Part shown: piece by piece, positions 38,614-50,559 of the stretch | Numbering within the stretch: position 1 is the first letter of the stretch | Layout of the letters: the number at the start of each line of letters is the position of its first letter | Assembly: GCA_965603825.1 (NCBI GenBank) | Contig: CBFDEM010000063.1 | Location: 496,227 to 560,226 of the forward strand | DNA from: Blepharisma stoltei ATCC 30299 | Lineage: Eukaryota; Protista; Ciliophora | Reading direction: 5' to 3' | Length of the DNA: 64,000 nt | The notes under the pieces: model-generated | The model's input: only the letters and a program-made list of their open reading frames with translations | The model's database searches: none | Told to the model about the DNA's origin: nothing | Program-made: the position numbers and the translations under genes

Positions 38614-39809
38614 TCTACAATTATTAGCTAAAAATGAATTTACCAAAAAAGAGTGCAAATGGTTAGCACTAATATTGAGAATTAGTTTGATAAACTAATA
38701 TATTGAGTTTAAATCCATATGAGTCGATTCATAATTATAAGTAATGTTTATGATTTATAATTGCTTATAAACAATTATTGTCCTCGCTATGCAAAGCCGC
38801 CTCAAATGCAACTATAAGTGATAGAATTTTAATTAAAATACAAAAGGTACCAATTCTTTAAGATGGTTAAGATTATTGAGTATGCAATTGGTTGCAAATC
38901 TCTATGGTCTCAACATTCACTATTCACATTTTCATCTTTCTACAAAGTTATTAGGAAATTGTTGATAAAGATATTATCAGCAGGATAGCATATAAAATTT
39001 TGATTACTCTCCATATAGTCCAAAAACCACGTCAAATATTATAATTAGCAGCTTGGCATATTTTTTATCAGTTTACACCTAGATCAATTTTTCTTTGATC
39101 TGGTTTAATTTTTAGCCCTAAATAAGTGTTTGAATAAGAAAACTTACCTAAATAATCTATTTAAGGCTTTATTTAAATTTATCCAAAGGTTTAAAGTTAG
39201 AATTAGATGATAATTTAATGCCAAAAGATTATAAGAAATGGTTTTTAACAGCATTTAAGTCAATAATACACCTTATCATAAACTGTTTTGTGTTATTTTA
39301 TTTATTCTGAAATTCATGAATGATTAGAATTAGAAGGTAAACAATTTCCTATTGTCAATATATAATAGTTTTTATTATTTATGATTATTATTGATCAAGC
39401 CTATAGAATATTCAAAAATGATGCCACTCGAGTTTTCTGTTATCTTTGACGAAAATTCACGGTTTCATATTTTTATTTGAGAATCGACTTTATCTGGTGA
39501 ATTTATCCCAACTGTCCAGAGTAGTAAAGGCTTGCTATGTTGTGTAGGAGTTCTGAGCCCTAGATTAATCTTAAGAAGTGCAATCTACCACAGGTGGTGG
39601 AGATTGTGAACCTCATGGCACCTGAAAGTCTCAACTTGGTAGCCCAAACTCAGAGGAAAGTTAATCTAAAAAGCCAGTTTATTCATCCCAAGTGAGTTAG
39701 TCATATTAGGAGATAGAGGAAAATATGTTATTGAGTGCATCTAAGGACAATTTTGAGTGGAGCTGTTTTCAGATAATCTTGATAGATAAATGATAATAAG
39801 ATTAAGCCT

Positions 39810-40949
39810 ATGGAACTTAATCCAAACACTCTCAATATTATAATAGCAAGCATTTTCGCGCTAATCTGCACATGCTTACAAATAGCCATCCAAGAGCAGC
39901 TTGAAGACTCAAGCGCAGATTACATAGAATGGCTTCAAACCGACCGCACCTCATTCAGCGAATTTATATTCAAATCATTTGGATTTATTACTCAGCTAGT
40001 CTATGTAGGCACTGGAGTTATTTTATTCCTTAGCTTTGATCGTCACCTAGGCTTTCTGACTCTAAGTTTTGGCTTAATAGGAGCTGCTTCATCGACTTTA
40101 CTAAAACTTATGTATGCCCAGCCAAGACCTTATTGAAAATATTCTCATATTGCTGGCTTAGACTGTGCTACAGACTGAGGAACCCCATCAGGCCATGCCT
40201 TGAGTGCTGGTTGTGTTCTATTCTATATAGGGCCAATTTGGATTAATTCCTCTAAAAGAAAACTATGAAAAGTATGTGTAATTATTTTTGCTGTTTTTAT
40301 TACAGGATTTAATAGAAATTATTTAGGGGCGCATTTTTATTCCCAAGTCGTGCTTGGGTATTCTTATTCTTTGCTATTTATTTCTATTATGGCTTATCCT
40401 TATATATATGAAAAATTAAGGAAAATTAGTAAAGAGGTGGTTTATTTTACTCATGGGTTAGCAGGGGTTATGTTTTTGACAGCAAGTTTGCTGTATTGTT
40501 TTAGAAAGCCGTATTGAGATGAAGAGTGGGGGAGAAATTATAGTGAAAAATGCGGAGGGAAGCTGCACGATGGGAAGCCTATGATAAGTGATTTTACGCA
40601 GACTAGCTATATCTGTATAGTGGCTGGATTGAGTTTGGGGTATTTTAAGTTGGAGATTAAGGGGTTGCCAAAATTTAATATTAAAAACCTTGCGATTTCT
40701 CTAGGAATCGCAGGGACTTGTGCTGGGATAATCTTAGGCTGTGTTTTTTTGTTTTCATTATTTTTGGATGGAATATTTTTAGCTTTTGCTGTAGGACTAA
40801 CAGGGTATTTTGGAGGATTTTCATTAGGCAATGTAGTTCCTTTACTTATTTATAGGTTATTAGGAGTCAAAATTGATAAAGGTGAATTTGGCTTTAAGTT
40901 TCGTGAGATTGACGAAGTTGATTTGCCCAGGGTGGGATATAAACCATAA
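39810..40949 (+). CDS. PAP2-family membrane phosphatase (G6Pase/lipid phosphate phosphatase-like), 4 UGA-Trp
   Basis: Motifs C1 KLMYAQPRPYW, C2 PSGH, C3 NRNYLGAHFYSQV, contiguous when TGA=W. Confidence 0.92.
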
Positions 40950-41095
40950 TCTTATAATAAACTCAAATTTTACTGTTTTTAAATTTAAGCTAAATTGAGA
41001 TTTTATGAAAACTCTCTACTATAGCTGATCTGCATTATCGGCTAATTCTTAATATGTCAGATTTATACTAAAATCATATGCAAAATTCTTTGAAT

Positions 41096-42880
41096 ATGAA
41101 TCAAAAACAATGCTCTGAGCCAGGCTGTGAGCTTGAAGCCGAGTATGGATGCCAATGCACCAGTCCTGAAACTTATCTATGCAAACTCCACTGAATGAAA
41201 CATTGCGAATTGCCCAATAGGGATCATACCTTCGAATCTGTTTTTCTAAAGCCATGCGAAGGGACACAAGAAGCAATTCTAGAATTTCTTAAAAGCAAGC
41301 TGTCTGAAAATCAAGAATCAAGGAAAAATATTACAGTTTCCTTTAGCCAACACCTCAACAGCTCTGAAGATAGCTTTGAGAATTTCTTAAAAAGACTGGA
41401 CTCTGAATCAGCAGAAATCAAAATCTGCTTTGAGAAGATTTCTGAAGCTAAAAAGCTATCAAAATTCGAGCAGGATCCCCTGTTAAAGTTATTGGCTTTA
41501 CAGCCTAATGAAGCTATTGAGAAAATTAAGCCAATGCTATCATGCAAACCAGACTCATATACAAATATAAATTTAATTTGTAGCTTGACTGGAGAAATCG
41601 AAAAAATAATCGAAAGCTTTATCAAAAACAAATTCGAAAAATATTTAGAAAATAAGCTATCTGGCTTAGAAAAAACGCTTGAAAAGCATGATCAAATTAT
41701 CAATTCGGCTAATGATTTTGTTGAAAATCTTAAGGACACTATTTCTACCCTAATAGCTGAGAATGAAAAGAGCAAAAAAGATTTTGAAGAATGGAAACAA
41801 GAAGTTGAGACAAAAAGAAAATGAGAAGTAGCCTCAAGAAATTCTCAGCTCTCCAACAGTATCACGGATATCCTCAAAGTTTCAAATTTAAACAAAAAAC
41901 AATTAAATTTCAAAAACTGAAGCCCAGATGTAAAAATAAATGAAATTAAATCTGCAACTTTGAATGAGGCTTTCAACTCAGAAATAGACCAAGATTCCAT
42001 TAGTGTTTGCTCACTATATGAGAGTGAAATCCTCTCAGTTCCTGACTTAAGGTTTTATTATCAAGACAATTTTGATACAGAAATTAAAAAAAAATCGCTT
42101 TATCTTATTGATAAAGGTATAAATAAAAATACAAATTTGATTGTTTTTGACACAGAAAATGAAATGGAAGACATAAAAACCTTGAATATTTCTGATCAAT
42201 TAGACTCTGGTACGTGTATAGCGCAGCTTCCTGATGGCAAATTTTTCTGTTTTGGAAAACGTTGTCCAGCTTCTGGGATTTCGTTGACAATTGACAAAAA
42301 ACTTAAGATTTGCATGATGCCGTCAGGAACACCCTGCTGTTATTCATCAGCTGTTTATTTTAATAGAAATATTTATTGCTTTGGTGGGTGAAATGACGAG
42401 AAATCACCTTTAGCCTTATCAGAAAGATTTGATATGAACGAAAATAAATGAATTAAATTAAGCCCATTGCCAAATCCGGATTGCTGTTTGCATTCCTTGA
42501 TTTTTAAGAAAAATATTTTAATATCTGGGAGTGAAAATCGGAAACTTTTGAGGTATTCTATTTTAGGAAATGATTTTACAACAATTCCTTTTGAATTTGC
42601 TGAAAGGAAAAGGAAAATAATGGTAAATGCAGTCAGGCTGTATTTGATTGAATGCGGGGGATTTATTTATGAAAGCGAAATTGAAGATGATACGGTGTGG
42701 AAAATAATAGCTCCCTCAGTAATCAGTGAAATTTGCCCATGGCAAGTATATTGCTTATATAATAAGGAGACAATTTATATTGGGTGTAGAGATCTGAATG
42801 AATATTACAAATTTAGTTTGCTTAGCAAAAATATGGCTGCGATTTTACACACCTCTCAAGAAAGCTGTTTGACTTTTTAA
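41096..42880 (+). CDS. B-box-like Zn finger + coiled coil + Kelch-like propeller (~594 aa, 5 UGA-Trp)
   Basis: MNQKQCSEPGC..YGCQCTSPETYLCKLHWMKHC...H; three track ORFs in frame across TGA; CIAQLPDGKFFCFG and IYCFGGW blades. Alternative ATG at 41078. Confidence 0.88.
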
Positions 42881-43118
42881 TTATTGTTAATTCAATAACT
42901 TTCTTCATTATTTAATTAGCATAAAGGAAGATATACCTTCAAATTTTTTAAGGCTTCTAAAATAATACTTCATTCTATTTTAAAAATCTAGGAAAGTCCT
43001 AAGCACCCATAATTTTTCCCATATCTAAATTCCAATAAGTGCAAGATAAGATGTGATTTTTATATATATTTTGAACAAATATAGGATATTACAATAATTT
43101 CGGGACAAAGGATCAATT

Positions 43119-44300
43119 TTGCAGGCTACTAATGGCTTAAAATTCATCACAACCGTGGAAATCAAATTCCCTAGCCTTTCAGAGTTAGACAATCAGACTC
43201 TCTTAGAAGAATATAAGTCAAATCACAAAAAACTGACAGATGCATTAATGTCAGAAAAAAATAGAGTTGTTCATCATGTAAAAAAGATTCAGCATCTGGA
43301 AAATGAAGTGAAAGAAAAGAATTCGAAAATGATTGAAATCAAAAAATGATTTTAAATCTTATAAAGGAAAAAGAAATGATTGTAAAGGTTAATGAAGAGC
43401 AGAAGCAACAGAAAGAAATTTATGAAAAACAGACTGCAGAACTTAATAGCATCAATGAAGAAAGGAAGCCAATAGAAAAATTAGAAGAGCAAATTGAAGA
43501 ACTTCAAGCTGAACGTAAAGATCTTCGAGCTGAATGTAAAGATCTTCGAGCTGAATGTGAAGATCTTCGAGCTGAATGTAAAAATCTTCGAGCTGCTAGT
43601 GAAAAATCAGATGAGGAAATTAAAAATCTTCAACTAAAACTTTGAACTGCAAAATTGATTTGGAAATTGCAAAGCTCCAAAAGGAAATAAAAGAAATCGA
43701 GACGGATTTATTAGACCAAAACGACCCAGAAAGAATAAAGATCAATAAATGTAGACAAGAAGAGATTGAATTTAAATCACTCTTAGGGAGATTATCGGTG
43801 ATTTAAAAAATGACCTAATTAAGGAGCTAAGTGGGTTTATTGGCGAAAGATGTTACGGATTCTTAGATATTAATAAAACAGCACGCTCTAAGGGAATAGA
43901 CAAGGAAGAAGTTAATGCTTGCAAGAGAAACTATTTTTTTGAGAGATATGGAATTGACATTGATGCTTTTCAGCGAATTATGGACAAAAGATATTCTCTG
44001 TTTAAATACAAGCATAACTCGACCTTAATGGAAGGAGATAGGCTTAGGAGGTATTTAGATGAACTTCCCGAAGATAACAAATATAAGTTGATTTATATGT
44101 CTATGACTGGATTTATTGCTATAAGAGAAAAAGAAAAAAGGCAAAAGGAATCCCCAAATTGCTGTAGAAAATGTGGAGATAGTAAGCATATAACGGAGAG
44201 ATGCCCAATTTGCTATTTTTGTGATGATTATGGGCATACCAAAAATAATTGCCCAAGAAGAAGACCTTATAAATCGAGAAAGCTAAGAAAAATATTTTAA
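43119..44300 (+). pseudogene. coiled-coil + tandem CCHC zinc-knuckle gene, frameshifted copy
   Basis: Colinear with 44764-46177; frame breaks near 43345, 43650 and 43790; CRKCGDSKHITERC and CYFCDDYGHTKNNC; 21-bp DLRAEC repeats. Confidence 0.8.
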
Positions 44301-44745
44301 TATCTGGGAGTGAAAATCGGAAACTTTTGAGGTATTCTATTTTAGGAAATGATTTTACAACAATTCCTTTTGAATTTGCTGAAAGGAAAAGGAAAATAAT
44401 GGTAAATGCAGTCAGGCTGTATTTGATTGAATGCGGGGGATTTATTTATAAAAGCGAAATTGAAGATGATACGGCGTGAAAAATAGTAGCTGCATCAGTA
44501 ATCAGTGAAATTTGCCCATGGCAAGTATATTGCTTATATAATAAGGAGACAATTTATATTGGGTGCAGAGATCTGAATGAATATTACAAATTTATCTGTT
44601 TAGCAAAAATATGGCTGCGATTTTACACACCTCGCAGGGGAGCTGTTCACTTTTTTAATTATTGTTAATTCAATAACTTTCTTCATTATTTAATTGACAT
44701 AAAGGGGGATATAAAATCCAAATTTTTAAGGCCTCTTAAATAATA
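44284..44745 (+). repeat. near-identical duplicate of the Kelch gene 3' end and flank (42505-42967)
   Basis: Offset 1779 bp, few substitutions, includes a TGG/TGA swap. Confidence 0.95.
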
Positions 44746-44763
44746 ATTAACTTTATAAACAAT

Positions 44764-46177
44764 ATGCTCCAAGATCAAAACATTAGGGATTATCAAGAAT
44801 CCAAAGAAGAAACTCTGATCGGTAGACAAAAAATAGATTATCTTAAAGGATTAATCTTAATTGAAAAAGAAAAGCTCATCAAGCAAAATACATCACAGGA
44901 AGATTTGGTAAATGCTCCACAAATTCGCCTTTCAGAATTGCAGCAAGAGCTGATTAAAGAGTTTGAAAATGAAATAAAGAAAGCTTTTAAAGATCAGAAA
45001 AACTTAAATTCATACCTTCAACAGATGCAAAGGGAAGTTCAACCATAAAAAACTAACTGAAGCATTAACTTCAGAAAAGGATCGAACTCTTCATCATGAA
45101 AAGAAAATTCAGCGTTTGGAAGTTGAAATACATAACAATAATTCGAAAATGGCTGATATCAAAACAAGAATTTTAGATCTTATAAAGGAAAAACAAATGA
45201 TTGTAAAGGCTAATGAAGAACAGAATCAGCAGATAAAAATTTATGAAAAACAGATTGCAGAGCTTAATAGCATCAATGAAGAAAGGAAGTCAAAAGAAAA
45301 GTTTGAAGAGCGAATTGAAGAACTTGAAGGTGAATGCAGAGATCTTAGAGCTGAATGCAGAGATCTTAGAGCTGAATGCAGAGATCTTAGAGCTGAATGT
45401 GAAGCTCTTCAGGCTGCTAGTGCAAAATCAGATAAGGAAATAAAAATCCTTCAAGAAGAAAATCGAGCTAATCGCGAAAAATCAGATAAGGAAATTAAAA
45501 AACTTAGTGAAGTAATTGCAAAGCTTAAAAAGGAAGTAAAAAGACTAAATGAAAGCAAGACAGATTTATTAGAAGAAAGCAAGTCACAAAGAACAATGAT
45601 CAAAAATTTTAGACTTCAAGATGAACAAAATCAGGAAAAAATGTCCAAACTAGAAGAGATTGAATTTAAATCGTGAATGAGGGAGATTATCACTGATTTG
45701 AGAGATGACTTAATTAAAGAGTTAAGTGGGTTTATTGACGAAAGATGCTACGGATTATCAGAAGTTGATAAAACAGCAAATTATAAGGGAATAGATATGA
45801 ATGAAGTTAATACTTGCAAGAGAAACTATTTGCTCGAAAATTATGGAATTGACACTGATACTTTTGAGCGAATTTTGGAGGCGAAATATGAACTGAATTA
45901 CTTCATACACAACTCGACCTTAATGGAAAGAGAAAAAGTTCAAATCTATTTAGCTGGACTTCCAGATAACAATGAATTAAAGTTGATTTATATGTCTATG
46001 GCTAGATTTATTTCTAAGAGAGAAAAAGAAGAATTGCAAAAACAGTTCCCAAACTGCTGTAGAAGATGTGGAGATAGTGGGCATAGAACGGAGAGATGCC
46101 AACTTTGCTATTTTTGTGGAGATTATGGGCATACCCAACAAAATTGCCCAAGAAGAAAATATAATCGAGAAACGTAA
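44764..46177 (+). CDS. coiled-coil + tandem CCHC zinc-knuckle protein (one frameshift near 45007-45046; possibly a pseudogene)
   Basis: 45116-46177 is contiguous through TGA 45674; DLRAECR heptads; CRRCGDSGHRTERC and CYFCGDYGHTQQNC. The upstream ORF at 44764 is out of frame by 1 nt. Confidence 0.7.
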
Positions 46178-47762
46178 TTGTTAATGAAAATATTTAGAAT
46201 ATTAATTAAATGTGTTTTAGGAATTTCCAAAAGATAATATATATTTTTCAAAGTCCCAAAACTTTGAATAAAATAAATTTTTAAAATAAAACTCAGTATG
46301 ATACTTCAAAAAGAATCTTAAGCTGACTAATCATTCTTCTGAGAATTCATAATGATAGTCTCAGGAACAAAGCCACAACGGTCAAGATTTCAATCACAAT
46401 TGAAGCTGTTCAAATTTGAGCTTTCTTTCAGTCAAGTTAAATCTTCTATCACAAAGGCCTAAACATGTATCACTTCAATTGCTGTCAAAATAGAGTATAA
46501 ATTGTTTTTGTAGCTTGAAATAAGGACTTGATATGCAATTTCTAAATATCATTATTCCTATATGAAGAAAAAGCCTAGTTTCAAGAGGAGCCACTAGAAT
46601 GAAAATTTTTGATATATCAAAATGGTAATTTCGATACATGATAGGAAATAAGCCTTGAAAGGAGTCATAAAGTCGTATTAATGAAAGAATGCAAGTCGAC
46701 AGTTAATGCAGCAAGAGAGACTGGTAAATTCTTGGAAAATCACCAATATCAAATATCAATCCATAAATATGCTTGGATTATAATATATGGCGAGCCAATA
46801 GCCTAAAATAAATTTGACTCATTATTTAGACGTATCTATGCTAATTTATTTCCGCATCTAAATTTTATAGTAAAAATTAAATTTTATAATCAACAAAAAA
46901 AGCTAATATATTTGAAGGAGGTGGGTATAAATATTAAAATTGAGATGCTCTATGAATATAAGTATTTTTATGATTCTCAAAATAACAAAATAGGATTAAA
47001 GAATTATGTAAATATATCAATTTTATAATAAATAATAACAGTTCTGCTGTCATATTACTGTTAACAGTAAATAAGAAAGGATATAATCATTAGTAGAAAT
47101 TCGAAAATAGATTCTTCCAAGGTATCCTTTATATAATAGCAGGATGATCAGGAATGCTGATTCTGCTGCAAAAGCGGCTGCTTAGCACTAGCCTGGCATA
47201 TTAATTGCTTTAACCGCTACAGTTTTCCATGTTACAAGTAAATAATGTAAGATATTAAAAAACTTATTTTAAAGTAAGTTAATCATGAATTTTTCATTCA
47301 AATTAAATTTGGAATAGCTGATATTATTTTTTATATAGCAAGCACTATATATTCACCCTTTATTATATGTGCAATAAATTCAGTCCGAATCCTTGCCAAT
47401 TACTGAGTTTGCTATTTGATTTCAAGCATACTCGTCTTCACTTTCATAGATCTTTCCTAAAGAGTCTTCAATCAAATATAGCCTTCCTGCATTAATTAAT
47501 ATCTTTATTTTATAATAGTCAAACTCATAAGGAATTACTGAGAAAGAGTCAGTATCAATAGAATACAACCAAATATATGAATTTAGTGATCCTGATATCA
47601 ATATGTTTCCATTAAATATTACACTATGGCAGCAAAGCTCATCAAGTGGCATTGGGGTTAAATTAAATCATTGATTTCTATCCAAATCAAATCTACTAGA
47701 TATAGATAAATAATAAAATAAGTTTCTTCCTCCAAAACAATAGACGCTCCTATTGAAGTATA

Positions 47763-47836
47763 TATGAGACTTTAGCTGAATAGGGAACAATTTTGCTTGA
47801 AATTTTTAATTATTGCGTTTAATCCAAGAGAGTTTA
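47763..47836. mobile_element. 72-bp TA-bounded IES-like insertion
   Basis: TA at 47763-47764 and 47835-47836; excision leaving one TA regenerates TCA GCT ATA TAC (SAIY). Confidence 0.7.
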
Positions 47837-47860
47837 GCTGAGGAATATGCACAAGGCGGC

Positions 47861-48005
47861 CCAGATGCCTTTTATTATTTTTGAAAAGTTTGAATGATTA
47901 ATCCTTTTGCTCTAGAAATGCATCTCATAGAAAATGATTTCCAAGCATGAAGATTAATTTAGAAAGTAAAATTTAAAATTTATAATTACTTCTAAATCCA
48001 GATGC
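47861..48005. mobile_element. 129-bp insertion flanked by 8-bp direct repeat (CCAGATGC)
   Basis: Repeat at 47861-47868 and 47998-48005; no TIR; A-rich end on the minus strand. Confidence 0.75.
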
Positions 48006-49365
48006 TAGTGAATGAACTTTATAATTTCTATCAATTATGTAGGAATTTCCAGTGATTGGATGGCCACCACCAAAACAAAACAGCTTTGCATTTGGAAGCT
48101 GAGCAATACATGTTCCATCATCTAATTTTTCTGAAAATTTCAATGCTTTCGTATCCTCTCTTTCATTTTCAGTATCATAAATAGTCAAAATAGTGCACCC
48201 TGGATCTTGGTCAATAAGATAAAGAGATGTAATGTGATGATAAATATTGACATATTCATAATAAGCTTGGCTTAGTGATAGATCAGAAACTGAACTCTGG
48301 TTTTCATACATTGAGCAAGTTCTCCTGAAATCTCTCTCTGTTTCTGGGTCATTGCTGACTTTGCTTAGAATTGAAGATGTTTTGGCTTTTATGTCGTGAA
48401 AATTAATAATTGGTTTGGATAATCTAGATTGGGCTCATTGTGAGTTTGACTTGCTGCATTGCCGAAATCTTTTGAGAAAGAATCGAGTTGAAAATTAAGT
48501 AATTTAGCTTGATAAAGAGTTTTGACGTCCATTTATAAATTTGAAATGCCAATAAAATATATTGTAGTGTTGCTTGCTTTGGCTAATATAATTAGATATT
48601 TCTCTTTTAGAAATATAAATTTTTATTATTAGTAACCTTTTCTCATGGCTTTCTAAACTTTAAATACTTTATTTTTTATTGTGCCCATTAGCATAAAAGA
48701 GAAGGAGAGCTCTCATTTGGTATTTAGATTTTAAGACTTAGGTGCTATTTATGATCATAAAATAATATTAAGCTCATATAAGCTTCAATATTGCAATTAA
48801 ATAACGCAAGAATATCAAATAGACTTTCAATGGAAGTACAATTTATTATCTTTATCATAATATTTTTAATTACATTAATATTCAAATATATAAATTTTTA
48901 TAGTGAGTTTATGTTTTCTTATATTATTGAATGAAATTAGCTTGAAATGAAAAATAAAAATTGTAAATAATAACAAGAGATAGATATCGGCTCAGCAATA
49001 TTCAGGAATCTCAAAGTGAGAGGTCTAACTCACAAGTCCGCTAAATTGTGGCTTGGCTACTAGGGCAATTGTGTATTCTTTTATTTCCAGAAGCGCTTTG
49101 CCAGGTGAGTGTCCGATATGGAGGAGGGATGAACCTGCTCAAGTTGTTTTTGTTTTTCTGCCAACAATGCACAAGCAGTTGAGTTTTCTAGCAGTATGAT
49201 TCGAGAAAAGGGAAGTAGGAATAGAAATTTCGGGAGTCTTTAAAATGGGAAACGTTTGGTGGTCATTATTAATTTTGAGTCAAAATCTTGTTTTATTAAG
49301 ACCTATATTTTTCTATATATTTTTTATTCCTAGATTTTTAATTCAAAGCTAATTGGGGATTGGAG

Positions 49366-50559
49366 TTAGAGCTTAATCATCACTTTTTTACTCAAGTTAA
49401 ATTTGAAATAATTGGGTTTTGAACCGCAGCCTATATAAATTTCTCCTTTATTATATAAGCAACACATTTGAGTTGGATGATAAGGTATTATTGAAATTCC
49501 TACTGGCTTCCACACATACTCATTTCCAAATTCACTCTCATAGACTTTGCGCTTGCCACTCTCGATCAAATACAAGCTCCCTGCATTTATCAAGATCTTA
49601 GCTGCAAAATATTCAAAATCGTAAGGAATTTTCGAGAAAGAGTCAGTAGCAATTGAATATAGCCAAATACTCCATGAAAATTTTCCAGCAATCAAAACAT
49701 TTTCATTAAATATTAAACTATGACAACATGCATCAGCTCATGGCATTGGGCATAATTTAATTCATCGATTTTCATCTAAATTAAACCTTTCTGATAGGCT
49801 TAAATTTCTACTTGTATTATCTGATCCTCCAAAGCAGTAGACATTTCTGTTAAAATATATAGCTGACGACCAAGAGCAAGCAGTTCCAGATGGCAAAATT
49901 CGGACTCTCAATTTTCTATCAATTATCGAAGTAATTCCAGAAGCTGGAAAATTTCCAAAACAGAATAATTCATTATCTGGAAGTTGCGCTATACATGTAT
50001 AATCGCTCAATTGTAATGAAGTATCTAGCAGCTTTACGTTTTCTTTTTCCTCTTCAGTGTTATACACAATTAAGCTCGTTTTCTTATTAACCTCACCAAT
50101 AAGATAAAGAGAAGTATTTTGAAAGCAATCTTGCTTTAGTGATGGATCAGAAGCAGAAATCTTGCTCTCAATGAATTGAAAATTTCTTATAAAATTTTGC
50201 TCTATTTCTTTGATTCTAATATCAGAACTGGAATCTTTAACTTTTGGCACCAACTTAATCTTATCCTCATCTGGCTTAGAAAATTCCTTTTCAATAATTC
50301 CGCTTGGTTTATCAATTTTTAAACAACTAGAGATTGTCTCAGAGATGCCCAATCTTCCCAGCTCTTCATAGAGCCATTTAATTTCCTTATCTTTTGTTTT
50401 AATTATTTGTGCTAAATGCTCTAAACTTATTTTGAGGGACTCTATTTGGCTCACATGCTTCTGCATTATTTTTTTGCATGCGGTTAGCTTTCTTTCGAGT
50501 AATAGATTTTTTTCTTTTTCCGAATTATACAAAGCAGCTATGTCTCCAAGTTGCTCCAT
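49366..50559 (-). CDS. coiled coil + Kelch-like propeller protein (397 aa, 2 UGA-Trp)
   Basis: CIAQLPDNELFCFG, VYCFGG, ENRW(TGA)IKLCPMP; in-frame join of two track ORFs. Confidence 0.88.

Larger units (their letters stand above)
35184..39580. repeat. tandem segmental duplication, period ~2240 bp
   Basis: cattattttatcatcaaaa at 35184 and 37424; tagatta.tcttaaga at 37321 and 39561; colinear coding and non-coding sequence between. Confidence 0.93.
47269..48532 (-). pseudogene. Kelch-family paralog interrupted by two insertions and a 1-nt deletion
   Basis: Colinear with 51982-53007. Removing 137 bp and 72 bp restores LASGPPCAYSSAIYFNRSVYCFGG. One T is missing near 48400. Confidence 0.88.

Noticed and set aside
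44822-44836. Possible 15-nt intron GTAGACAAAAAATAG
   Set aside because: In frame and stop-free, and does not fix the downstream frameshift; cannot be called without RNA data.
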